A DNA stretch of 64,000 bases from positions 7,130,001-7,194,000 of the forward strand of contig OZ176055.1 in the NCBI GenBank assembly GCA_964247055.1. The letters are read 5' to 3'. The stretch comes from Paragordius varius (taxonomy: Eukaryota; Animalia; Nematomorpha). Below the pieces are notes generated by a model. That model was not told where the DNA came from, searched no databases, and was given only the letters and a program-made list of their open reading frames with translations. Position numbers and translations under genes: made by a program. Positions 39,682 to 52,291 of this stretch are shown here, piece after piece (the first letter of the stretch is position 1; every line of letters begins with the position of its first letter).

Positions 39682-39857
39682 CTGCGTGCATTTTAATGCT
39701 GGCTTATTCATACTATAGTTGGTCAATTGGCAACACAGTAGTGTCTGCAAAAAAAACTAAATGTTAAATAAAATAAACAAAGTTGTTTATTTTCCATACA
39801 CTACTGTATTGCCAGTTAATGAACTATGTGCATAAGACAGCATTAAATTGCATACTG
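39682..39857. repeat. Long imperfect inverted repeat (~75-bp arms, ~30-bp loop), probable Tc1/mariner-type foldback MITE
   Basis: Left arm CTGCGTGCATTTTAATGCTGGCTTATTCATACTATAGTTGGTCAATTGGCAACACAGTAGTGTCTGC pairs with right arm CATACACTACTGTATTGCCAGTTAATGAACTATGTGCATAAGACAGCATTAAATTGCATACTG. Confidence 0.85.
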
Positions 39858-40242
39858 TGTAATATGTAGTGATTCAATTAATAAATTATTTAAATAAGAA
39901 ACATCTAATTTTAGCAACCAATGTGGCTCCAATATTTAATTTATGTATTCAAAAAATCACCGAAGATGTTAGCTTTAAAGGAGGTATAGAGGTACAGCTA
40001 AAAAAACGTTATGCAAAATGTACAAAATGAAGTTCCCGCACTTAGACACAAAGAATTTATATACAAAAAAAATAAATTTATTTAAAACTATGATACAAAA
40101 TATATTTTGAAACAACAAATGTAACTATTTCTCATTTGTCTATCAATACTCTTTCACAAAATTTGATGCTCCTATTTTATCCTTCTAACCATTCAAATAT
40201 TCTTTCATTTTAGAAAATACATCATCACAGATATTTGTTGGT

Positions 40243-43200
40243 TTATATTTTTTGATTGTCGCTTTCAGTAGTCCCGTTTGGGTCCATTATTGTATTAGGT
40301 GCTAAAGTTTCAGATGTATTTAAAAGAGTGGATTTCATAGAAAGATTATCATCGTTTTGTGTTGAATATGTATTTGCGCCTTCATACAATCCCACCAAAG
40401 TCTGCGACATAGATTGCAAAAGGGAACCGCTCGAAAATGTCAGTGTGGCAATTTCTTTTGATGGGTTTTTATCGATTTTGGCTAAAATTTGGTTACGTAA
40501 ATAATTTTCGATTTTTGTTCCGGTCCGTCCAATCATGGAATATGGGCTATTGTATGTCCGACAATTGGTAAAAATGAGTTTAACTTTGCCAAGAAAATGG
40601 CATATAACTCTTTCAAACGGCGGCGAAATGGTGGATTTTGAGTATTTTTCATTGATACTAACAAAATTATCTTGATTAGTGGTCAAAGGAGCACAAAAAG
40701 TGGGAATTAGAGATTCTAGAGTTGATATATCCATAGGCTCCTTAATGACATCGTAATAATCGGGAACCTATCATTACAAAAACATAAGTTAGTATAATAA
40801 TACGATATCATAACTGATTGGCCATTGTAGAAATATTAAGCATATACAATTTTAGAAATAAAACATGTCTGAAAATTCAAAACCAAGTTATTTAATTTTA
40901 ATAAAAGTGAGTCAGACAAACGTTTAAAAATTCTCTTCAGCCTTAGATTTTTGGTATATCAAAAAAATTTAGGGCTACAAAAATTTTATTGAAACCTGTA
41001 GTTTATTAACGGGTTCCAAGAAAGGCCAACTATCAGGGTGTTTTTTTATTTTAGCAACAATGTGTGACATAATAAGCGTAGCGTATTTAAGAGTATCAGT
41101 AGGTGAAAATTTCTCAAAATTTTTTGTTGGTAGCAAATCTAATGATATTTCAGGATTATTTTGTGGAATAACGCTGGTTTGATTAGGTGAATCTCGGAAA
41201 CGGAATATATTAAGAGAGTTTGGCGAGGAATGACCATTAGTTAGGTGGTTATATTGATGATTTTTATTTGCCCCAAATATTTTAGGTTTATTGCCATTTT
41301 TATGTTTTGCATTGCTAATTATATGAGGGGATTTGGTGCCATCTAGGGCCATGTTATGTGTCTATGCAAAATATAGTTAATAAATAAAGGTATAATTTGT
41401 CATTTTTAAAATGGAAATTGTTAGTTTAGTTATTACAAAATACCGTATTTTCAGAGTTCTTTTTCACGTTTGCATTTAAAGAATTGGTTTCCTTATTAAC
41501 TACCTTTTCTGTGTGGGAAGGTGAGGGAGTTAAAATATATTTATTGTCATTTAAGATATTTTCTTCGCCTGTATGATTATGTAAAGGGATGGTAGTATTA
41601 ACAGAATTATTATTGATACTATAAAATATGGTGCTTTCATTTGTAAGATCTACGCTGTCATCAAAACGATGAGACCGTTTTATTTGACGCCCACTTCGAC
41701 TGTATAATTGCAAATTTGATAGGGGAAGGGGTGAACCTACAATAAACGTAAAATTTGAGTATTAGCTTTAAAAACTAAAATGAACCCTTTAAAAGTACAC
41801 ATAAACTTTAATCAAATATATATTATGTATGTATACTTTCGGTGGAGTTTGGCACATCATTGGCAAATTGTTTTCTAGCGAGATCATCAAGGCTATCATT
41901 GTTCTCAACTAATGTGTTCATATAAATTATATTTGAACAAAAATTAAAAAATAAATCTCAAAAATAACCCACCTTTAGCTGAGTTATGATTGCGACGAAT
42001 CTTTTTATGTGCCAATTTTTCAGGCGTAGTGAATGATTGATCTTCATCGTTGTGTGAGAGGTATGTGTTTGGGGGTCGACCTCTTTTTGTGTGATTTGTC
42101 GTTTTTTTCTTAGAAAGATTATCGGAAAAAGTGTTTTGATCGAAATATACAGTTGTCGGTACATCATTTGCTACAAATGAAGGGGACACGGCTATTGATT
42201 GTGAATTATTATGGCTTCGGGAAGTTAAATTCATCCTCTCATCAACCGTATTACCGGCCAACATTTCAACCGGACTTATTTCAAACAGATCTTTGGTTGA
42301 GGCCTCTTTTTCTAATATTCCCTGAGATTCCGACATATCATGTACATTATTAGAAATTGATATACTATCATTTGGCAAAGGAGTTAAATGATTAGGATCA
42401 AAGTTTATTGACGTTTCTTGATGATTTATGATTAGTGCAGATTCATGACTTATTTCAAGGTTAGTTTGCGGAGTGTTATCATTACCAGTAATATAACTTA
42501 AATTGGAGGAGCTACTTTGTCGGTGAGTCGACTGAGAGGTCAAAGAATTCAAACAATTGAAACAATACCAATCACCCTCGGGAATTTTCTAATATGGATG
42601 ATGTATAAACATTTATTTAATAATGCATCTTTTAAAAAGGTTTAAAAAACCAAAGAGTTATATATACCTTAATTCTTGGTCTGATACAGTAGGTATGGTA
42701 ACCTTTATTGCATGAATCACACAAGAGAAGCTGTTCTGGGGCATTTTTCTTTTTACACAAAATACAACGTACCTAAAAAGAAAAAGCATTTTTACAAAAA
42801 TATAACAATTAGCACATAGAATTTTAGCGATAACAATATTGCAAAAAATTATACTTTAAGTAATGAAGCTGACCAATTTATACATCTATCGAGCTGGAGG
42901 GCCATAAGACTAATTTGACTCAAATTTGAAACTGTGTAAAAACTTGTCATAATTAAAGTTTTCCCTGAGTCATCCCTAGTTGTATCGGAATTAAGAGTAC
43001 TATTATTATTATTATAGAGAGTTTTAGCACTCAACAATTCATCTTGCCACCTTAAGGAAAAGGCTGTGATTGAAGGCATTAAAAGGTCATTGTCTGCGTT
43101 AACTGATTTTGAGTCCCTGATCAGAGTTTCTTCCATACCATGCTCACCTATGTGAGTGATAAAGAATTTATGTTAAATTCAAAAGTTAAAGGAGTTCTAT

Positions 43201-46200
43201 TTTTAAAAGCAGTCGTTTAATTGCTGTCGACATAAAGTTTACTTTACCAAAAACGAAAAAATTAATTTTTCCAAAGATAGTTAAATTAATTGTTAATTTA
43301 TTTACCAGGAGACGTTCGCGCAATAAAATTTAACATTAGTGCTTTGATCCTTTCTTGCTTTTCGGTCACATGTTCACCTTAATAGTAAAACAACACCAAC
43401 AAAAAATTAGTTACTATTAACTGAATATATTTTATTCTAGGTTAGCAAATTACCCAAGGGATATAGAAGGTATCTCACATCAATCCCCTTAGCGATTTGA
43501 ACCAAGGCTCTGGCCAACGTTTGTAAAGCACTTGTTTCGCTTTTAACTGCGTCTGGGTTTCTTACAAAACAAAGGATTTATGATTTTTGGTAAATTTTAA
43601 AAAATATTAATCAATAGCGTTAAATCACTGGAAAATATTTACTGTGCTGCAGAGTCATTGTCCATCAAATAGCTGTCTGAATCAATTAAATTTTGAGCGA
43701 AGATTGGATCGGAAAATTGACCAGTTTTGAGAGCAGTTCTCCATTTATCTCTTTCTTCTACCTGTATAGAAATTGTAATAAGATTTACAATTTTTTTAAT
43801 GTTTGATTGTGCGAGAGACAAAAAATTAAATTTTTTTAAAAAAAATTTGAGTAAAGAGATTAAAAATTTTAAAATTAAATTTGATTCGTATTTCTTAACA
43901 TAAATTAAAAATTTAATGCGTAACAAAACTCTTAAAAACTGTATTAAATAGTTAGATACCGCAACTTGTCCCAAACCATTGGTATAAATGCGCTCCTCCA
44001 AATCTAGCAGTTGGGTTTGAAGCAAAACCTCACATGCTTCTTCGGCAGATACGGGGGTTTCAATAAAACTTGGGTTGTTTTGTGACTTAATACAGTAAAA
44101 ATTGAAATTATGCAGACAAAAAACTGCAAAAAATCTTAAACTTTGATTTTAAAAATATAACTTATGGTTTTGGGTTGCATTAAAAATAGAGATTTAAATT
44201 GGTAACAGAAAAATATATATAATATAATAATTATATAGCTTTAAATAAAAAAAATCAGAAAAAGTATGGAGTTTACTGTATGATTTTTCTCTAATTTATA
44301 TAATGGTGTAAGCAATCGATCATCAATCCAAGTGTTGCTGGTAGACTTATCAAAATTTTCGCCTTGGTCCAAAACTATGAGTTGCTTAAATTCAAGCAGG
44401 GCAGATTTAAGTGCTCGTTCTCGATAACCTCGATCATTAAGGCAATCCATGAGGTGGTTGAAATTAGCCTCAATGGCCAATATGTGTGGGGGTATAACTG
44501 TGTACCCTTGAATCATGTGGTAACTAAATATATATTTACAATTTTTTATATGGTATGAAAAATTTAAGTTACAATATAAGCGATAAATACATTGCTAGTG
44601 TTCCATTAAATATTGCCAGATATCACTTATAGTAGAAGGACTATTTAACAACTAAAGGATTTTTTCTTGCCAACCAATAATATATCTCTTTTCTGTATAT
44701 GCTATCTGGCAACGTTTGGCGAATAACTGACATTTAAATAAAATCCCAAAAAAACTTACCCATGAACCGGACAAAATGGATTTACATCATGACACTTCTC
44801 ATTAATAGTAGTAGAAATTTTATCATCAATTTTTGATTGGAAAAAAGTATCTTCACGACCAAGGCATGCGTGTAAATGACTATAAGGGAAACTAAATGCA
44901 TTTTTATGCGGATTATTATCATCATCAGTATCGCTTGTTACAAAACTCAGAATATATTGCAAAACATCAATGCAGACATCTTGAACGGTTTCAAAACCCC
45001 CAGCCGACTCAGTCAAATCATTCATTATGGTGTGTTTGCCATGGAGAGATGATGATATGACACAAGATAAGGGACTTTCTTTGCTATTTACACCATTTTT
45101 TACGAGATATTTCATTTCTTTTTCTTGGTTATTTGACACATTTTTTTCGTTTGGTTGACAAAATTTTGATAGTTTTTGCACATGAGCCAAAGTGTGGGCC
45201 CAAGGTCGACGAGTAAAAGGTGTAAGAGTGAGGGGAGTCGGTATATCTTGACAAACACCTAGATGTATTAGTTAGATATAAAAATATATTTGGCAAAATA
45301 AATGCGATAGATACAATAAAATATAAAAAACTATTTTATATTATGAATCATAATAACTCCTTTTCCAAAAATATTTAATTGTTAATATAAAACACTATTA
45401 GGTTTTTATAATGCGATAAATTTAACATAAAATTTTCTATTTTTAAAAAATTTCTTTATATAAAATAGTTATCTTATATGTATTTTTTATAATTTAAACA
45501 TTAGAATATCAGCTGCTAGTAAAACAAAACAATTGTAAATTTACGTTATTACTACCACAAGAAACTTAGGAACCCTAAAAAAACTTATGCAAAAATCATT
45601 ATAAAGACACATATATTTTGAACCTTGATGCAGTGTATTGCTACATTCCGAGTCTCCCCCATTCTCAATGAAAATAGCTATCGTGTGGCGTGGACAAGAA
45701 AAAGATGTTGGTAAGCAAATGGCCCACCAACGTCTATAAGCTCTATCTCGTCCCAGCGGGTAAAGCGCTGACCGCTGAAGCGTAAAATGCAGTTCAAGCA
45801 ATTTGGAACGATACAACTCAGCATCATGACGGGCTCTTTCGTTTTCATCTTCCATGCCTTCGACCAAACTTGCTTTGGCTAACGAAATGTAAACAAGGCG
45901 GGTTATGCGAATTAAAAACTTGACTTTTTTTACCATATTTATGAGAGGGGGAGTATAGGTATTATTGTGTTTCAAATACGATATTTATGAGAAAAAAATG
46001 CTTTGTAAAAAATATTCATATATACCATTTACCAATCAAGTTAACCCTAAAAATAAATTATGAATTTTCGGGCTAATATAACACATCCTTAATATGAAAT
46101 ATATCTTTATGCCATAGTTTATTATTTTTTCATATTATGTAATAATTTCATTTTTTTAAATATAAAAAAATATAGGTAATATTTAATATTAAAAACATAT

Positions 46201-49200
46201 AATTTATTTTAGGGTGAATTCGAATTGTTCAAGGGTGAATTTCAAGTGTAGTTCGTATACTCGGTATGCCTTATGCTTGCTAATATAGTGTTTTGGATAT
46301 TTTTTCGCTTTTTGGTAAATAGGGTTATATATTCATCAGTGATAATCATGGATAGGCATATATATTGTTTTGTTTAAAACTTAAATATGGAAAATATTGT
46401 TTAATAAGTATTTATAAAAACGTATTATTGCTAATTTTGGTAAAACACAATGAGATATGAAAATTAATATGATTTATTAGTTTACGTTATTTGATTCGCA
46501 AAAGTATTTTATTTTTATGTTAAGTTTGGTTAAAAAAGGTATGTGTTTCTGGAACCAAACCATAAAATGACATTAAATAGCAGTCATTAAACTGCTTATT
46601 TACCAATTTTTATGTTTTAGCAGTCAAAAATATCAAATAGCTTGTTAAACCAGAGTAGGACATAAATAAAATATAGCTATAAATATAAAACCTTTAGCCG
46701 ATGTAGACGAATGTGAGGCGGTATGAGCGTGTGCATGAGCTAAAGCCTTAAGTTCAATGCGGATATTTTTAACTTTATCCAGGGATGTTTCAATCCGCTC
46801 ACGAAATTTGACATGTGTTAAAAGTTGCGTTTGAAGAGTCACCAAAATTTCAGCTTTGTCACGTGGCGTCAGTCCAAACACAGATGATTGGCTGCCCGCT
46901 AACGATCCAATCAGATCGGGTCGTCTGCACTTGAAATCCAATCCTGGATCATCACGTGACACGTAGGCACCACGTTGCTGATGTCTAAATACACCAAATA
47001 AAAATCAAATAATTAATAATTGCGAAAGCGCAAAAACCGAAAATTATTTAGGTAAAATATTTCGGTATTAACACTGATCATTTTTCAATCATATTAAATA
47101 TAAAATATATATATAGAAATTGCAAAAGAATCAGAATAATCCGAAAATATTTGATCATAATATTATTTATTGAGGCGTTATAAATCAATTTGTCTTTAAA
47201 TTAAAACTCGTCTCCAAAATATTAAACCTGTAAAGCACATTTTTAGGATGGCCATAGCCACCGGCGCTCGCAAAATGAAGGCGTAAAAGTTCAGTAATGG
47301 TAGATGGTTTGGAATCTCTTTGTACCAATTCACGTAAACTCACGCCATAATGTACGAGGGAAAGTCCGCTATCCCATGTAGCTTGTTGAATTATTTGAGG
47401 TTGATTTTTAAGTTCCTCTGTATGAATGTTTAAAATAAAAAAAAAGTTTGTAACAAAGAAGTGTCATTTATGTAGCAAAAAACAAAATTTTACCCAATAT
47501 TTCATCTGGGACATCCAAAAATTCGTTGGAAAACTCATCATTGTACTGCGTTTCAAGTACGGCCAAAAGGTAACAATTAATTAATTGAAATAATGGTCCA
47601 TATACTGGTTGATTTGTTAACAAAGCCTCTTCAATCATTTCTAATAAAAAGGGGGTCAAAAAAAGAGTCTGACATGAATGAAATAAAATAACTCTATATT
47701 ACCCTAAAGCAGGAGTGTTAACCACAAATAGCCTCGTGAGCCGCATTTTGGATTGAAAAAATTCGCAAAATATATGGGCAATAACAAATATTTTTATAAA
47801 TTTTGAACATAAGGCAAAACTATTTACTTAACAATTTTTGGTAGGTCATTGCCAAAATTTGGAAAAACCTAATCAAAAATTTGTTTAAATCAATTCTATT
47901 TATATTAAGTATAATTTTATATTTAAGATTACTCTCGGACTGCAGGAATATTTTAAAGAACCGCGTTTTGTACACCCCTGATTTATGGTATAAATTTTAA
48001 GGGATGCTTACCAAACGTTAACCAGGACAGAGGATTTAAATCTATATCGCTATTGGTAAAGGTACTAGTGGAATCATTCAAACCCAAAAAAGAAGCTTTT
48101 AAATCAATCAAATCGCCAAAAGCCAACCCAAATTGGTATATGGTGAGGGCAAGACCAAAAGTGTCACAATCCAATTTTGTTGGTACGGTATATTCAATCC
48201 AACTTGGAAACGGTTTAAGATCATCACATTCCAAATCATCTCGTGGTTTTGACCAAGTTTTTAGAAATTCGGCACGGAGTTTGGCTTCCTCTCGTTTCTG
48301 CATCAAAGAATAATTATATAGTTATAAGGAAAACAAAAAGTAAGAAAATAACATTTAATTAAAGTACCTGTTCTCTTTCCATTTTTTTGAGCTCGGCCTC
48401 TGAAATTTCTTTTGGTTTGTTTGTGGGTTCGCCCGCGTTATCTTTTGTTTGAGACGTGGGCATAATTGAACTATAATCTAAATGAAAATTAATTTATATG
48501 TTAGTAAATAAAACAAAAGATATATCTAATAACACTACCATGTTCTAGGCCATTATCAATAGAATCCAAAATAACCCGAGTTTCTGGCGACTCTTTAGTC
48601 AATTCGATTGGCAGAGGAATTTGCGGATTGAATTGAGGAGGCACATCACCGAAAAAGTCGGAAAATCTAGCTGCTTTAAGATTGTACTGCTTAATAAATT
48701 CGGGCTAAAAAATTAATTAAATAAAATCAAATAAATAATTTGATAGTTTATATAAAGACAAACCAACCTTAACAATTCTTAGCTTAAGTTTTGGATCCAA
48801 CATTGTATGATTTTTAAGGAATAGCTTATTTTTAACGCGCGTGAAGACACTTTTCATCCGTTGAACGTTATCGGGTTTTACCCAAAAAGCTTTTCGACTC
48901 CCCTGAGACTGTATATTCTTATCATCTGGTGCAGGGTAGGATGGGCATTCTCGAACTAAATATTTGAATTGATTAGGATGTAAAGAGTTTATAGGGGTAT
49001 TCCGAGTACTGGTTGTGGTATCATCCAATTCTCTGTAAAACAAATTTATTAATAAAATTTAAGATGGAAATATGTTGTTTTTTTACTTAACAATTGTTCG
49101 TTTTTTGAAACTTTCTTCAGAGTTTAGGGGTTGTACTTGAATGATTTGACATGTTTTTCTAATAAGATTAAACAAAATTTTACTTGTTAACGCCCAACAT

Positions 49201-49594
49201 AACTTGAACGATTTCCCCGATAAAAAACCTATCTTTAACATATCCAAATATATCGTCGCTCATTTCATTGAAAGTGGCTCTATGAGTTAATGGAACCAAA
49301 TATAAAAGAGGTTTTTGCAATGCATCGGGAAATTCTTCCAAACTTTTAAGAGATTTCTGTTCCGATTCCAAAGCCTCTTGATATGTCAATCCACATCGAC
49401 CAGATATCGAACATGTCCATACCAAACTATTGCACACAATGACTCGTTCGAAAAATTCCCTAAAATTTAATAATAATATACTCATAATCCCGAAATATTT
49501 CTTTCGTCAATGAACAGAAAAATACTTCTTCATTGTCTTTCAAATCTTGAGGAATGGATTTTTTCGAAAATGCGTGTTTCTTTAAAAGAGGCAT
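40243..49594 (-). CDS. BAZ1A: BAZ1A/ACF1 ISWI chromatin-remodelling subunit (WAC, DDT, WHIM/WSD, PHD, bromodomain), multi-exon
   Basis: N-terminus MPLLKKHAF..EEVFFCSLTKEIFRDYE/EFFERVIVCNSLVWTCSISGRCGLTYQEALESE (WAC); DDT region WSKPRDDLECDDLKP..FGLALTIYQF; PLGRDRAYRRWW; LLDLEERIYTNGLG; PHD CILC..LLLCDSCNKGYHTYC..IPEGDWYCFNC; bromodomain HPDSWPFLEPV..PDYYDVIKEPMD..NCRTYN. Confidence 0.97.
46045..46324. mobile_element. Short TTAA|CCCT...AGGG MITE in a BAZ1A intron (related fragment at ~27540-27790)
   Basis: TTAA|CCCTA...TAGGG|TTAT ends. TTTTCGGGCTAA and GGTGAATT(C/T)..AATTGTT(C/T)AAGGG blocks are shared with the 27.6-kb region. Confidence 0.55.
47710..47980. mobile_element. hAT-type MITE in a BAZ1A intron
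   Basis: CAGGAGTGTTAAC..GAGCCGCATT...CCGCGTTTTGTACACCCCTG; flanks with central TA; resembles 31852-32155. Confidence 0.7.
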
Positions 49595-49931
49595 AATAAT
49601 GTGAATAAATAAATAAATGGATCAAAACAACACAATCAACACCACACTATATCAAAAATAAGGTTCTTTTAAAACAAAAATATTTTTATTCTTCAAAAAG
49701 TACAGTCAAAATTTTCTTCAACTCAAATTATCGTATAAACAAAAGTACTCCATATTTGAAGCGTATGTGGATAGAAATGTGTTTGTGTTGTTTTGAGTAA
49801 TGTATAATTTATATGTAAAAACATACATGTATATGTAATTCTTTACCTCTCCCAGTTAGGAATATGGTAGGCGGTGAAATCTAATGATTTTGAAAATCAA
49901 TAAAAATAAAAAATTATTTAATTATATTTAA

Positions 49932-50513
49932 CACTTGGATACAACACACTCACTTTAGTCCTTCGATTCAAATTGGGGTAGTTGGATACCCCAGGCCTGT
50001 TTAAAATCAAATACTTTAAAAAGTATGGGAGCAATCGAAACCATGGCAAAATTGTGCATTTATATAACATTAATAAACCGACATATATAAAAACTTTTAT
50101 TCAAAAATACTTGATATTACTTATTTTGAGCTAAAACTGAAAGGTAAAAATTTAGTCAACGTGACATGTGTCAAATTGTAAAATTAAAAAATAATACAAA
50201 ATAAACCGTTTTTTCTATTTCTATCAATGTTAGATGTAATTTATATAAAAAATAAGCTTTAGTTTTACCCTTAAAATTAAATGAAAACGATATTTTGCAA
50301 AATTTTTGTAAAATAAAAATGGCGTCGAAGTAGTTTGAGATGGAACTTTTTTTTCAAAACAAAATTTTATCAAGATATTTTGGCATATTTATATAATATT
50401 TATCAGGATAGAAGCATAAATTTAAATTGGGACCGTTTCCTTCAGTAGTTTTTTAAAAATTTTAATTTTAATTTAGTCTGGGGTATTTAGATACCCCAAT
50501 TTGAATCGAAGTG
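49932..50513. mobile_element. piggyBac-like MITE, copy D (best preserved, 582 bp)
   Basis: TTAA|CACTTGGATACAACACACTCACTTTAGTCCTTCGATTCAAATTGGGGTA...TACCCCAATTTGAATCGAAGTG|TTAA. Confidence 0.92.
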
Positions 50514-50634
50514 TTAAATTAAGAAGCTATATAAAATTATTTACCAGTTTAATTAAAATATTATACCCTAGTTCAAAAAGATTTCGCTAGCCTATTATCT
50601 TAAGGTACAAAATCAGAGTATATCAAACATATCT

Positions 50635-50636
<2 letters not shown>

Positions 50637-50678
<42 letters not shown>
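50637..50678. repeat. (TA)n microsatellite
   Basis: About 20 uninterrupted AT dinucleotides. Confidence 0.98.
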
Positions 50679-50680
<2 letters not shown>

Positions 50681-50739
50681 CATGGAAAGAAAGGTATTTA
50701 TACTTTTGTGGTAGTTGCTCAATATAGAAAGGCGCAAAA

Positions 50740-52291
50740 TAAGCGCTTATTAGGCCAAATATATTTTTTTGTGAAAGAGTGATCCGTCTAAAAAAATATC
50801 ATTAAAATTATTATATAATATAAAAAGCCATTTTTAGATGCGGGTTCCACAATCTAAAATTTCAGTCCACTCGGAAATGGGCTAAACATTTTTATACGTA
50901 CAAAATCAGGTACAAAAAATATATCTTGGGAAATTACATTATCCTGATGAATATGTATTCAGATAGATAAGTATATCAGTTTTAACGGTACTTTTGGTTT
51001 TGGGTATAACGATTGATATGGCATAAATATTAGCACTTGAATGGTAATAACTCGATCTCGTAAAATCGCAATATTACATTGCGTCCTAAATCAGGGGATA
51101 TAATATATCCTAAAATAAATATAATTTGACAAGATTATGATTATCATGGGGTGGTTTTGGCCCTTACAAGCGATTTAAAATAGTTAACATTTTTGTGAAA
51201 GGTGCTCCATATCAAAAAATGGCAAAATATACGCATTTTATTTAAATAATTGTTTTGGTGAAAGGAAAATGCTCCATTCAAAGTAATAACACAAACTACA
51301 TTAATAAGCATCACTATCTTTTAAAAGAAATCCTATTTTTAGATGTGGGCTCCAAACGTTAGTTTTTCGCATTTCAAAAATCGGCTGGTTCTTCTAAATA
51401 TACTTAAAATGCCGAGATTTCGCGATCAAAGTTTAAATATATTGTGAATGTTGATATCAAGTAAAAATCTTTATAAAAATATGTATATTTTTTTTATAAA
51501 TAGTAGCAAAATTTTGTTGAAGCTTACTTTTTATTATAGGATGGAATGATAATCAAATCGCAGCCCTAAAGTTTAATATGTCGCTGAAATAAAAGTTTTT
51601 TTGAATGTTTAGATATTAAAAATAATTGCGTTGATATTTGTTTTTTCAGTATCCAGAAATTTCCGCCTGGTGCCCTTATTATCCGATTTTTTTCGTTTAT
51701 ATTTAATGTTCGGTTTTGATCATGCACATTTGATTAATCAATCATATTCAAGTTTTAAATAATAATTGAAAATTGGAAGATAAGGCTTGAATTTCCGCAA
51801 GATTTGCCAAATATAAATAAAAAATAGAATCTTAATTATCCTTATTGTTTTTGTTCAGGTCCATCGAGGGAGAATTTTTTAAAAGCAAAATATGTCAAGA
51901 GACATAGGGATACGACGTTGGATATCTCTGTTATAATATTAAGAATTGTCAAAAAATATGAGTTATGTCCAATATAAGATGTTATGACAAAATAGCTGTG
52001 TATATCCGGCAAAAAATCACGGTCTACCGATTTAATATACAAATATCCGTAATTGAAATTATGCTATATTGGTCGGTATGTTTTGTGGCCCTTGAGCAAA
52101 AAAACATTTTAGCCAAAAAATATTTGGTGAGTAGCACTGCTTTAAGTTGATTTAAAAATGTTTTTTATATAATATAGTGTCCACCGAAAATCTGACCCAA
52201 TATATATTCTGATATGAAGGTGCTTTTAGTTTTGGCCCTTACGAGTGTTTTAAGTTATTTGCCCTTTTGTGATAACTGCTCTATATAAGAA
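50740..52291. repeat. Degenerate region with recurring internal direct repeats, probably an old DNA element
   Basis: TTGGCCCTTAC(A/G)AG..TTTTGTGA(A/T)A..TGCTC.ATAT at ~51158 and ~52232; TTTTTAGATG(C/T)GGG(T/C)TCCA at ~50832 and ~51336. Family not identified. Confidence 0.45.

Noticed and set aside
40590-40645. Cryptic intron explaining the bromodomain insertion
   Set aside because: The GT..AG candidate examined is 53 nt and would shift the frame.
32948-48313. Short antisense or overlapping ORFs from the track (e.g. 32948, 34289, 40256, 41958, 42153, 44364, 48053)
   Set aside because: They are shadow frames of real exons with no motifs. The I/F/K/N-rich intergenic ORFs are likewise the expected noise of AT-rich DNA.
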